Source of the DNA: Longimicrobiales bacterium | GTDB lineage: Bacteria; Gemmatimonadota; Gemmatimonadetes; Longimicrobiales; Gaopeijiaceae | Direction of reading: 5' to 3' | DNA length: 64,000 nucleotides | Assembly: GCA_965249725.1 (NCBI GenBank) | Contig: CBDFMQ010000002.1 | Coordinates: forward strand, 2,112,001-2,176,000 | In this document: positions 8,795 through 17,671 of the stretch, piece after piece | Numbering within the stretch: the stretch's first letter is position 1 | Layout: every line of letters begins with the position of its first letter | Notes under the pieces: model-generated | The model's database searches: none | Told to the model about the DNA's origin: nothing | The model's input: only the letters and a program-made list of their open reading frames with translations | Translations under genes and position numbers: made by a program

Positions 8795-10054
8795 GTGACG
8801 CCCATCTGGATGCGGGGAATCGTGATGGCGGGGCTGGTAGCCACCGGCGCGTGCGACATCCTGGCGCCGGATACGCCGCACGACGGTGACGTCCTGGCGG
8901 GCACCATCGACGGCATGCCCCCCGGACAGGTGCGACAGCACCTCTCCGGCGACGAGGAGTTCGCCCGTGTATTTTCCGTGGCCGACGGCCTGGGGCCGGT
9001 GTTCGTGGCGACCTCATGCGAGCAGTGCCATGTCGGCGACGCCAAAGGCCATCCGGTTTTCAACCTGACGCGATTCGGACGGTACCTGGACGGTGTCTGG
9101 GACGGTCTGGCGGCGCGAGGCGGGCCGCAGTTGCAGCATAGGGCCATTCCCGGGTATCCCGTCGAAACGGTTCCGGACGAAGCCACTGGAGTGGCACACC
9201 TCACGCCTCCGGCCGTGACCGGCCTCGGGTATCTCGACGCGGTCGACGACACCACCCTCCTGCGACTGTCGGACCCTAACGATGCGGACGCAGATGGCGT
9301 GTCCGGGCGCGTTCAGCTCCTGGAGCCCAGCGACCTCATCGTGAGCGCCCTCGCCCTCGAGGCGGGCCAGTCCCCCGACCCGGGCGCGCGGGGCACCCTG
9401 GTGGAGGGCCGCTACATCGGCCGCTTCGGGAAGAAGGGCCTTACGGTCAACCTCCTGCAGCAGGCGGTGGGGGCATACCAGCAGGACATGGGGGTGACCA
9501 GCGACCTCCTTCCCGAAGACCTTGTGAACCCGCTAGCCGGCGATCGCGCCTCGGACGGCGTGGCCGATCCGGAGGTATCCAGCGCGGTGGTGGCCAACGT
9601 GGTCTTCTACCTGAAGACCCTCAGGGCCCCGCCGCGGCGTGATGCCGACGACGCGATGGTCGTGGCGGGTGAGTCCATCTTCTCGGCGGTGGGGTGCGAG
9701 CTGTGCCATGTTCCGACCCTTCGCACGGGCCGCTCCAACCTGGCCGTGCTGGACCGGGTGGACTTCCGCCCCTACACCGACCTTCTCCTTCACGACATGG
9801 GATCTGGGCTGGACGACGGGTACACCGAAGGGCGGGCCCTGACATCGGAATGGCGGACCCCACCCCTTTGGGGCATCGGTCTCCAGGGTGCGTTCCAAGG
9901 CGGGCAAGCGTTCTTCCTCCACGACGGCCGGGCCCGGACCCTGTCCGAGGCCATCGACTTCCACGGAGGTGAGGCGACGGCATCGCGGGCGGCATTCCGG
10001 GCACTGTCGCCGGAGGACCAACTTCGCCTGATCAGCTTCTTGGAGTCCCTGTGA
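8795..10054 (+). CDS. Di-heme oxidoreductase (DHOR/thiol oxidoreductase-like) lipoprotein
   Basis: Lipobox ATGAC; CEQCH and CELCH; family motifs GLGPVF, GRFGKK, QQDMGVTS, YTDLLLHDMG, EWRTPPLWG, LHDGRART. Confidence 0.9.
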   Translation: MTPIWMRGIVMAGLVATGACDILAPDTPHDGDVLAGTIDGMPPGQVRQHLSGDEEFARVFSVADGLGPVFVATSCEQCHVGDAKGHPVFNLTRFGRYLDGVWDGLAARGGPQLQHRAIPGYPVETVPDEATGVAHLTPPAVTGLGYLDAVDDTTLLRLSDPNDADADGVSGRVQLLEPSDLIVSALALEAGQSPDPGARGTLVEGRYIGRFGKKGLTVNLLQQAVGAYQQDMGVTSDLLPEDLVNPLAGDRASDGVADPEVSSAVVANVVFYLKTLRAPPRRDADDAMVVAGESIFSAVGCELCHVPTLRTGRSNLAVLDRVDFRPYTDLLLHDMGSGLDDGYTEGRALTSEWRTPPLWGIGLQGAFQGGQAFFLHDGRARTLSEAIDFHGGEATASRAAFRALSPEDQLRLISFLESL

Positions 10055-10482
10055 AGGGCTCGGAGATGGACCGGCGAGGCTTCGTGCGTGCCATGCCGCT
10101 GGTGGCCCTCGCCGCGTGGGCTCCCACGGCGTGCGGCGGTGCGGTCTATATCGTGCCTCGGGACCTGGGAGGCCGCGTGGCCGTACCGATCGAGGTCCTC
10201 GGCGACGGGAGCGGGGCCTTTGTGGCCCACCCGTCCAGCAATCGCGCGATCTTCGTGCGCCGCAGGGCCGGGGGTGAATGGGTGGCTGTCCACGCCCGGT
10301 GCACCCACCGCGGATGCCAGCCCGAGCCGGTAGCCGAACGACTCGTGTGTCCGTGCCACGGAAGCGAGTTCACGCTGGACGGTGAACTACTGGAGGGGCC
10401 AGCTCGATCGGATCTGGCGCGACTCCCGGTCGAGCGCGTGGGCCCGGATCTTGTCATCCGCGTCCGCGAGGAGGACGCATGA
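10051..10482 (+). CDS. Tat-exported Rieske [2Fe-2S] lipoprotein
   Basis: DRRGF twin-arginine signal, PTAC lipobox, CTHRGC and CPCHGS Rieske boxes; GTGA overlap (alternative start 10066). Confidence 0.9.
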   Translation: MKGSEMDRRGFVRAMPLVALAAWAPTACGGAVYIVPRDLGGRVAVPIEVLGDGSGAFVAHPSSNRAIFVRRRAGGEWVAVHARCTHRGCQPEPVAERLVCPCHGSEFTLDGELLEGPARSDLARLPVERVGPDLVIRVREEDA

Positions 10483-11690
10483 GCGGCCGTGTGATGGGGC
10501 CGACGTTCACGATGGGTCTGGCGTTGATGGTCGTGATAGGTGCATTGGGGGGACCCCGAGAAGCGGCAGCCCAAGCCGACACTACACTGGCGCAGGAAGG
10601 TGTCTACGACCGTCCTTTCATCACTGCGGTAGGCGGCACCTCCATTGGCGGCTACGTAGAGGGCAACACCAACTGGTTCGTCGAGGACGGCATCGGCGAA
10701 GGGTTCTCCATGGAGCTACGCCGCTTCAACATCTTCCTCTACTCCTCGATCTCATCCCGAGTGCGATTCCTTTCGGAGCTGGAGTTCGAGCATGGCACCG
10801 AGGAGATCGCGCTGGAAACGGCGCAGCTGGACGTCCGGGTCCGGCCGTCGCTGGTGTTCCGGGTCGGGATCCTCCTGCCCCCCATCGGCTACCTGAACCA
10901 GAACCATGACAGCCCCAAGTGGGACTTCGTGGAAAGGCCTCTCGGCACCACCGAGATCGTCCCATCCACCCTCAGTGAGATCGGGGGCGGAGTGTACGGC
11001 AAGGTGCCGGTGGGTACAGGGGTCCTTTCATACGATCTCTACATGACCAACGGCCTGGGTGACGGCGTGGTGGAGAACGATGTCGGTCGCACTCACATTC
11101 CGGCGGGCAAGCGTGAAGAACAGTTCGCTGAAGACAACAACGGGTCGCCGGCGTTGTCGGCACGGGTCGGTTTCCGCCGGCCGGGTCGCGGTGAGGTGGG
11201 GGTGTCGTGGTATGGCGGCACCTACAACACCTTCCGTGTAGAGGGCGAGGACGTGGACGAGCGTCGGCGGGTGGACCTACTGGCCGTGGACGCTGGTGCG
11301 TCCGTGGGTCCGGTGGACATCCGGGGCGAAGCCGGGTGGGCGCGCATCGACGTGCCCGACGGACTCGTGGAGGTGTTCGGTACGCGCCAATGGGGGGGCC
11401 ATGTCGACCTCATCATGACGGTGTGGCAGCCGGCGATCGCAGACTACCCCGAAGCCAAACTGTCCGCCGGCCTTAGGCTGGAGCGGGTAGACTTCAACAC
11501 CGGAACATTCTCCAGCACCGGGGAACGCATCGGCGACGAAGTCAGCGCTCTGGTGCCCGGGTTGGCCTTCCGTCCGTCGGCCGAGACGGTCTTCCGGCTC
11601 AACTACCGGTACGCGTGGATCACCGACTTCGTGGGCAACGAGCCGGCCCGTTCGGCCGGGTGGCAACTCGGGTTCGCCACGTACTTCTAG
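10479..11690 (+). CDS. Putative outer-membrane beta-barrel/porin
   Basis: Signal peptide, amphipathic beta-strand pattern, ELEFEHG motif, C-terminal GWQLGFATYF BAM-type signal; ATGA overlap. Confidence 0.75.
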   Translation: MSGRVMGPTFTMGLALMVVIGALGGPREAAAQADTTLAQEGVYDRPFITAVGGTSIGGYVEGNTNWFVEDGIGEGFSMELRRFNIFLYSSISSRVRFLSELEFEHGTEEIALETAQLDVRVRPSLVFRVGILLPPIGYLNQNHDSPKWDFVERPLGTTEIVPSTLSEIGGGVYGKVPVGTGVLSYDLYMTNGLGDGVVENDVGRTHIPAGKREEQFAEDNNGSPALSARVGFRRPGRGEVGVSWYGGTYNTFRVEGEDVDERRRVDLLAVDAGASVGPVDIRGEAGWARIDVPDGLVEVFGTRQWGGHVDLIMTVWQPAIADYPEAKLSAGLRLERVDFNTGTFSSTGERIGDEVSALVPGLAFRPSAETVFRLNYRYAWITDFVGNEPARSAGWQLGFATYF

Positions 11691-11703
11691 GCGGGCGGAC
11701 ACG

Positions 11704-11737
11704 GACGCGTGCGGTAGGGACGTCACCCGCACGCGTC
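11704..11737. terminator. Hairpin between convergent porin and ppk2 genes
   Basis: GACGCGTGCGG-12 nt-CCGCACGCGTC, perfect 11-bp stem. Confidence 0.55.
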
Positions 11738-11753
11738 GCGCTCCGGACGCTCG

Positions 11754-12602
11754 CTACTCGGACACTTCTACAACCTCGGACGGCGCTTCCTCGGTCGTCT
11801 GCCCGTAGACCTCCGGGACCCAGTTCATGCTGTCCAACGGTGGCCGCCGGTAGTTGGGGGCACTCTGAAGGTCGGGAAGCTCGACGGGCTCGTCCGGGAG
11901 GTCCTCGTAGGGGATCTGCTCCAGAAGGTGGTGGATGCAGTTGAGGCGGGCATGCCGCTTCACGTCCGCCTTGACCACGTACCACGGGGCCACGTCGATG
12001 TCCGTATACATGAACATGGCGTCCTTGGCCCTGCTGTAGTCGGTCCATCTCGCGCGTGAAGCCACGTCCACCGCGCCGATCTTCCAACGCTTTCGCGGAT
12101 CGTTGATTCGCTCGCGGAAGCGCCGCTCCTGCTCCTCCGAGCTGATGGCGAACCTGTACTTGATGAGAATCGTGCCGGAACGCACCAACATCCGCTCGAA
12201 TTCGGGGCAGGATCTGAGGAACTCCCGGTAATCGTCGTCGGTGCAGAAACCCATCACCCGCTCGACTCCGGCCCGGTTGTACCAACTCCGGTCGAACAGG
12301 ACCATTTCTCCAGCCGCCGGGAGGTGGGGTACGTAGCGCTGGAAGTACCACTGGCTCTTCTCTCGCTCCGTCGGAATCGGGAGCGCGATGACCTTGACGA
12401 TGCGGGGATTGAGACGCTGAGTGATGCGCTTGATCACCCCGCCCTTCCCGGCGGCGTCTCGGCCCTCGAAGATCACCGCCACCCTCATTCCCGTATGCTT
12501 GATCCAGTCCTGCAGGCCCACGAGTTCTTCCTGCAGCCGCAGGAGTTCGCTCTCGTAGAGCTTGCTCTTAATCCGGCGGTCCGGCCTGTACTCCTCCGTC
12601 AT
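11754..12602 (-). CDS. ppk2: Polyphosphate kinase 2
   Basis: FEGRDAAGKGG Walker A, QWYFQRY, FDRSWYNRAGVERVMGF; start moved to MTEEY. Confidence 0.95.
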   Translation of the reverse strand: MTEEYRPDRRIKSKLYESELLRLQEELVGLQDWIKHTGMRVAVIFEGRDAAGKGGVIKRITQRLNPRIVKVIALPIPTEREKSQWYFQRYVPHLPAAGEMVLFDRSWYNRAGVERVMGFCTDDDYREFLRSCPEFERMLVRSGTILIKYRFAISSEEQERRFRERINDPRKRWKIGAVDVASRARWTDYSRAKDAMFMYTDIDVAPWYVVKADVKRHARLNCIHHLLEQIPYEDLPDEPVELPDLQSAPNYRRPPLDSMNWVPEVYGQTTEEAPSEVVEVSE

Positions 12603-12749
12603 CTGCGTCCTGTCTCCAGTGTTGTCAGCTCCGTCGGGAGATCCGTGTCTCAATAGACAAGACGCGGTATACCCTAGGCAACCGCGGCATCCCATTCCAG
12701 GATCACCGGGGTCCCTACCTTGGCTCGGGCTCGATCCCCACCTTGGCCC

Positions 12750-13883
12750 CTACCCCCGGGCGTGCCACGCTGCCAGGACCTCTGCCTCGCGCTGGGCCGA
12801 GATGCCGGCCCTGAGCTGCGCCTGCCTCTCGGCCGGCCGCGAGAAGTGGTAATCGAGCGTATCGCGGGCGGTGACGGCGAGAGGTCTGAAGGTGAGTCCG
12901 GCCTCGACCTCAGGTGTGAGATCGAACCGCGCGAAGCCCTGCCGTCCCTCGGTCGGGGGCATCCAGACCGGCATATCTGAGTATGGCCTGATCCCGATGC
13001 CCGTGAGGAAGTCGAAGTTCACCCACGTGAACGTCGTCTCGGCGGTCGTGACAGCTCGAATCCCGTAGAGGAGTTCGGCAAGGGGGCGAGGAGTGGCCGG
13101 GCCGACCCCGTTGAACACTCCCGTGTGGCCGGTCTCCGCCATGCGGATCATCCACTCCGTAAGGTCTCGCACGTCGATGATCTGTATGGGGTCCGAAGGA
13201 TCGCCGGGTGCGAGCACCTCTCCACCGCGATGGATACGGACGGGCCAATAGGTGAACCGGTCGGTCTCGTCGCCGGGCCCCATGATGAGCCCGGGGCGTA
13301 CGACGTTGGTGCGCCCCACGAAGATGCGCTGGGCCTCTCGTTCCGAGAGGGCCTTGGCGAGTCCATACGGCAGTCGCTCGGCATCTCGCGACACGCCGGC
13401 CGTCTCGTACGTGAATGAAGGCGCGTCCGCGGTCATCGGAATCCGGCTCGTATCGGCGTAGGCGGATCGAGACGAAACGTAGAAGTACCGATCCACCGAG
13501 TCCTTCAGGAAATCGGCCGACATGCGCACCCAATCGGGGTTGGCCCGGGAATTGTCGATGACCACATCCCAGGTCCGGCCCCTCAACGCCTCCAGTTGGC
13601 CGTTGCGGTCGCCGATGAGCGTCTCGACCTCGGGAAACATCCCGGCATTGGTGCGGCCCCGGTTGAAGAGAGTGACCGTGTGACCACGCTCCAGAGCGTA
13701 GCGGACCTGGAACGGACCGATGAAACCGGTGCCACCCAGGATCAGGATGCGGAGAGCTCGCCCGGCAGCTCCCTCCTGAAACACCTCGGTCGTCTCACTC
13801 GTGGGCGTAGGCAGGACTCCGAACCCCAGTGCTCCACCGGCCACCGCAGAAAGTCGCAGGAAATCTCGTCGATCGGTCGACAT
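12750..13883 (-). CDS. NAD-dependent epimerase/dehydratase (extended SDR) with Tat signal
   Basis: MSTDRRDFL signal; GGTGFIG; YGLAK; DRFTYWPVR; RBS GAGGAGG. Confidence 0.85.
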   Translation of the reverse strand: MSTDRRDFLRLSAVAGGALGFGVLPTPTSETTEVFQEGAAGRALRILILGGTGFIGPFQVRYALERGHTVTLFNRGRTNAGMFPEVETLIGDRNGQLEALRGRTWDVVIDNSRANPDWVRMSADFLKDSVDRYFYVSSRSAYADTSRIPMTADAPSFTYETAGVSRDAERLPYGLAKALSEREAQRIFVGRTNVVRPGLIMGPGDETDRFTYWPVRIHRGGEVLAPGDPSDPIQIIDVRDLTEWMIRMAETGHTGVFNGVGPATPRPLAELLYGIRAVTTAETTFTWVNFDFLTGIGIRPYSDMPVWMPPTEGRQGFARFDLTPEVEAGLTFRPLAVTARDTLDYHFSRPAERQAQLRAGISAQREAEVLAAWHARG

Positions 13884-14064
13884 ACAGGTCCTCCTCTGTG
13901 GCGCTCGGTCAGTCCGGTACCCTCGACCCACAACCTGTGACGGCGGCCACCGCCGCTCAAGGCCGAGCGGGTTGCGGCAGGGTCCAGTGAGCCCCTAGCA
14001 TCGACCTGTGCGCCACCGATGAGCGGGGCGGGCGGACGGTTTACTGCAGAGATGGAGCAGATCG

Positions 14065-15161
14065 ATGAGCAACGAGCAATCCGGTATCGATCGGCGGGAC
14101 TTCTTCCGCCACAGCGTTGGCGTCGGCGCGGGCGCCCTGGCCTTGGGCCGACTGCCCGAGGGCATGACCCGCTCGAGTACCGGAGCCGCCGGCACGCCCC
14201 TCATCATCACGAGCCACTCGAACGAGACCGGCCAAGAGGCAATGCGACAGGCCTGGGAGATCCTGAGCAGCGGAGGCTCGGCCCTGGATGCCGTAGAGCG
14301 CGGCGCCAACGTCATCGAGGTCGATCCGGAGGACATGAGCGTCGGCTACGGAGGCCTGCCCAACGAGCACGGCGTTGTGCAGCTCGACGCGTCGATCATG
14401 GACGGAAAGACCTACAACGCGGGCTCTGTCGCATCTCTCGAGAACATCATGACGCCCGCTTCCGTCGCCCGGCTCGTCATGGAGCGCACCGACCACGTGA
14501 TGCTGATCGGCAAGGGGGCGCTCGAGTTCGCCCGGTCGTTCGGGTTCGAAGAGGTGGACCTCATGACCGAGAAGTCGCGCGCGGCCTGGCTCCGGTGGCG
14601 TGAGGAACACAGTGATCGGGACGACTGGGGTGCGCCCGACCACCTGAAGAGGCCGCGGGGCGATGAGATGGGCGACGAGCTTGGCAGTTGGGAGGAGAAG
14701 ATCGACTTCCACTACGGCACGACGAACGTGTTGGCGGTGGACTCGAACGGAGACGTCTCCGGCATCACGACCACGAGCGGGCTGAGCTGGAAGATCAACG
14801 GACGCATCGGTGACTCACCGGTGATCGGCGCCGGCCTCTACGTCGACAACGACACCGGTGCCGCCGGAGCGACGGGCCGTGGAGAAGACGTAATCAAGTC
14901 CTGCGCATCCTACTACATCGTCATGCGATGAGTCAGGGACGCTCACCCCAGCAGGCGTGCGAAGACGCGTGTGAGCTGATCGTCCACAAGTACCGGAACG
15001 TGAACCCGAACTTCTTCCCGTCGGAGAAGTTCGTGGCCATGAACAAGGACGGGCAGTACGGCGCGGCCTCGATGGGGAACACCCGCGGTCGGCCTCAGAT
15101 GACGGTTCGGCATGCTCAGGGTCTGGAGATCTACGAGGGCAGCACGCAGTACACAGGTTGA
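14065..15161 (+). pseudogene. Tat-exported glycosylasparaginase/type-2 asparaginase (Ntn hydrolase), split by a 1-nt frameshift near 14927
   Basis: DRRDFF signal, SVGYGG, LDASIMDG, G|TT nucleophile site, TTSG, GRIGDSP, ATGRGE; ORF 14928-15161 (MSQGRSPQQAC...) is the natural continuation. Confidence 0.8.
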
Positions 15162-15165
15162 TCGC

Positions 15166-15237
15166 CAGAGCGGGCACCGGATCCACCTTGGTCGCTCGGC
15201 GCGCGGGCAGCCAACTCGCCAGCACACTCACGATCGC
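15166..15237 (-). pseudogene. Tiny C-terminal remnant of a second ABC/ADOP-type permease
   Basis: Reads AIVSVLASWLPARRATKVDPVPAL, the conserved permease tail motif. Confidence 0.7.
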
Positions 15238-15289
15238 CCGGACCATAGGTGCCCCGGCGAAGGTCCACCGCTCGGAGGGAGGACTCGGA

Positions 15290-16294
15290 ATGAAGTCCCT
15301 TACCGGAAAGATCGCCGTCGTGGCCGGGGCAACTCGAGGTGCAGGTCGAGGCATCGCCACCATGCTCGGTGAGGCGGGCGCCACGGTGTACTGCACCGGC
15401 CGGAGCGTGCGCGGCCACGCCGCCTCGGAAGGGCGCCCTGAGACCATCGAGGAAACCGCCGAGCTGGTGACCGAGCTCGGGGGCACGGGCATCTGGGTGC
15501 AGGTGGACCACGAGGTGGAAGCGCAGGTCGAGGCGCTCTTCCAAAGGGTCGGAGATGAGCAGGGGCAGCTCGACATCCTCGTCAACGATGTCTGGGGGGG
15601 TGATGTACTCACCGAGTGGGGGAAGCCCTTCTGGGAGCTCTCCACGGAGAAGGGCCTGGCTATGCTCCGGCAAGCCGTCCACTCGCACATCATCACGAGC
15701 CGGCACGGCGTGCCTCTGATGATCGAACACGGCCAGGGGCTGATCGTCGAAATCACCGACGGCGACTTCCTGGGCTACCGCGGCAACCTGTTCTACGACC
15801 TCGTGAAGGTGGGCGTGATCCGACTCGCCTACGACATGTCGCTGGACCTGAAGGGTAGGGACATCACGGCTCTAGCCGTGACACCCGGGTTCCTCCGCTC
15901 CGAGGCCACGCTCGATCACTTCGGGGTGACGGAGGCGAACTGGCAGGACGCCACAAAGACGGATCCTCACTTCGCGGAGTCCGAGTCCCCGACGTTCGTG
16001 GGCCGGGCGGTGGCCGCCCTGGCCGCCGATCCCGACGTACGCAAGAAGGCTGGCCGCGTTTGGGCTTCCTGGACTCTCGCCAAGGAGTACGGCTTCCTCG
16101 ACGCATCAGGGCGGCAGCCCGATTGGGGCAGCTACTTCGATCGGACGGTGGACCAGATCATCGAGCGGGGAGCCGAGTTGAGTGGCGGTGACCGCTTCCT
16201 TCTCGAGATGCGCCGCTTCCAGATCGACCTCGACCCGGAACGAAGCGACCAAGCGAAGCAGATCGATGAGCTACTCGAAAAGGACCGTACATGA
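15290..16294 (+). CDS. Short-chain dehydrogenase/reductase (DHRS1-like)
   Basis: VAGATRGAGRG, LDILVND, YDLVK, TPGFLRSE; RBS GGAGG. Confidence 0.9.
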   Translation: MKSLTGKIAVVAGATRGAGRGIATMLGEAGATVYCTGRSVRGHAASEGRPETIEETAELVTELGGTGIWVQVDHEVEAQVEALFQRVGDEQGQLDILVNDVWGGDVLTEWGKPFWELSTEKGLAMLRQAVHSHIITSRHGVPLMIEHGQGLIVEITDGDFLGYRGNLFYDLVKVGVIRLAYDMSLDLKGRDITALAVTPGFLRSEATLDHFGVTEANWQDATKTDPHFAESESPTFVGRAVAALAADPDVRKKAGRVWASWTLAKEYGFLDASGRQPDWGSYFDRTVDQIIERGAELSGGDRFLLEMRRFQIDLDPERSDQAKQIDELLEKDRT

Positions 16295-16620
16295 TCACAC
16301 GAATCTGGCACGGCTGGACCACCCACGAGAACGCGGACACCTATAAGGAACTGCTCGAGGCGGAGATCCTCCCCGGCATCGCCCGGAAGGAGATTCCGGG
16401 CTACCGAGGGGCACACCTCGTACGTCGCCCGCTCGAAGACGAAGTCGAGTTCATCACCCTACTCTGGTTCGATTCGCTCGACTCGGTGCGGTCCTTCATG
16501 GGGGAGGACTACGAAGTGGCCTACGTTCCCGACGCGGCTCGAGCGGTCCTGGCTCGCTTCGACGACCGCTCTCAGCACTACGACGTGATTCTGGAGCCGG
16601 GCCAGACCATCTCGCCCTAG
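16291..16620 (+). CDS. Antibiotic-biosynthesis-monooxygenase-like (dimeric alpha/beta barrel) protein
   Basis: MITRIWHGWT...EVEFITLLWFDSLDSVRSF.GEDYE.AYVP; ATGA overlap with the SDR. Confidence 0.8.
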   Translation: MITRIWHGWTTHENADTYKELLEAEILPGIARKEIPGYRGAHLVRRPLEDEVEFITLLWFDSLDSVRSFMGEDYEVAYVPDAARAVLARFDDRSQHYDVILEPGQTISP

Positions 16621-16647
16621 GCGCCACGACGCGCGGGCGCCAGAGCT

Positions 16648-17439
16648 TCAGCCGGCTTGCTCGGCTCCGGTGAAGTCGAACTCGACCTCCGCAAACTGAC
16701 CGGAACCCAACGTCACACTCTGCTCGCGCATCCCGAGGTACGGGTGCCAGACTTTCAGGGTGTACTCCCCAGGTGGGATGTCACCGATTTCGAACGTCCC
16801 ATCCTCTCCCGTGGCCACCGTATAGGGTGTGTCCGCAGCGAAGATCCACCCCTGCATGAAGTCGTGGGCATCACACTCGAGCCGAATCTGGTTTCCTCTC
16901 CTGGGGCGTAGTGCCTGGGTAATGACCTCCTTTTCGGGAGGCTGGCCCAGGTTGAACAGGGTCCTGCCGCGCTCTCCGATCAACTCCCAAGCGTGGATGT
17001 TGTGGAGCACCGGGTCGCTGTTCACGATGTCCATGTCGACCCAGCGGGGCATGACGAGCAGGTTCGGCTGGAAGACACAGTCCCTCTGATCCACCACGTG
17101 TCGGACCTCCCCGTTGGGCCACGGCTTCCCAGCAGTCACCCCCTCCAGGAAGACGACCGCCTCAGACAACTCACCCGCCTCGCCGACCGATACGTCCTGA
17201 CGCTCTTGATAGCCGAAGCCACACACCTCTTCGTCCTTGGTAACCAGGAGTCTCCGAACCGGCGGCACTTCGCCGTGGAATACGGCCCTACCGGAGAGCG
17301 TGGCCCCGTCGGTCACCGGGGTCACCTCGTAGTCACTCTGGGCCTCCAAACCTCGAGGCCCGAGGCTGAGAGCGAGCAGCATGAAGCATGCTGGGAGCAG
17401 GGCTTCCGCCCGGGTCGGTAATCTATGTATCAGCCTCAT
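16648..17439 (-). CDS. Exported protein with a cupredoxin-like domain and carboxypeptidase-regulatory-like domain
   Basis: Signal peptide; NSDPVLHNIH...CDAHDFM (type-1 Cu-like His/Cys/His/Met); DGTFEIGDIPPGEYTLKVWH. Confidence 0.75.
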   Translation of the reverse strand: MRLIHRLPTRAEALLPACFMLLALSLGPRGLEAQSDYEVTPVTDGATLSGRAVFHGEVPPVRRLLVTKDEEVCGFGYQERQDVSVGEAGELSEAVVFLEGVTAGKPWPNGEVRHVVDQRDCVFQPNLLVMPRWVDMDIVNSDPVLHNIHAWELIGERGRTLFNLGQPPEKEVITQALRPRRGNQIRLECDAHDFMQGWIFAADTPYTVATGEDGTFEIGDIPPGEYTLKVWHPYLGMREQSVTLGSGQFAEVEFDFTGAEQAG

Positions 17440-17671
17440 GGGATCTGTATCAGCCTCTGAGATCTCGTCGTCGTATCGGTTGCATGAGCGGAACCGGTTC
17501 GGTCCGTGCGCGCATCACGTCGTGCACCGCTGGCCCCCCGGATCCGCTCCGGTGTACACAGAGAGTATCGCCGATCTTGGACGGAAAGTTCCAAAGCCAT
17601 TAAACGTTCGAGGCCGTTGAGCCGAACGGCTCTGCTCTCGTGACTCCGCCCCGTTTCTTTGGAGAACTGAC

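Noticed and set aside
10051..10482. Rieske subunit of a bc1/b6f complex
   Set aside because: No cytochrome b gene adjacent; it is a small lipoprotein in a metal-boxed operon
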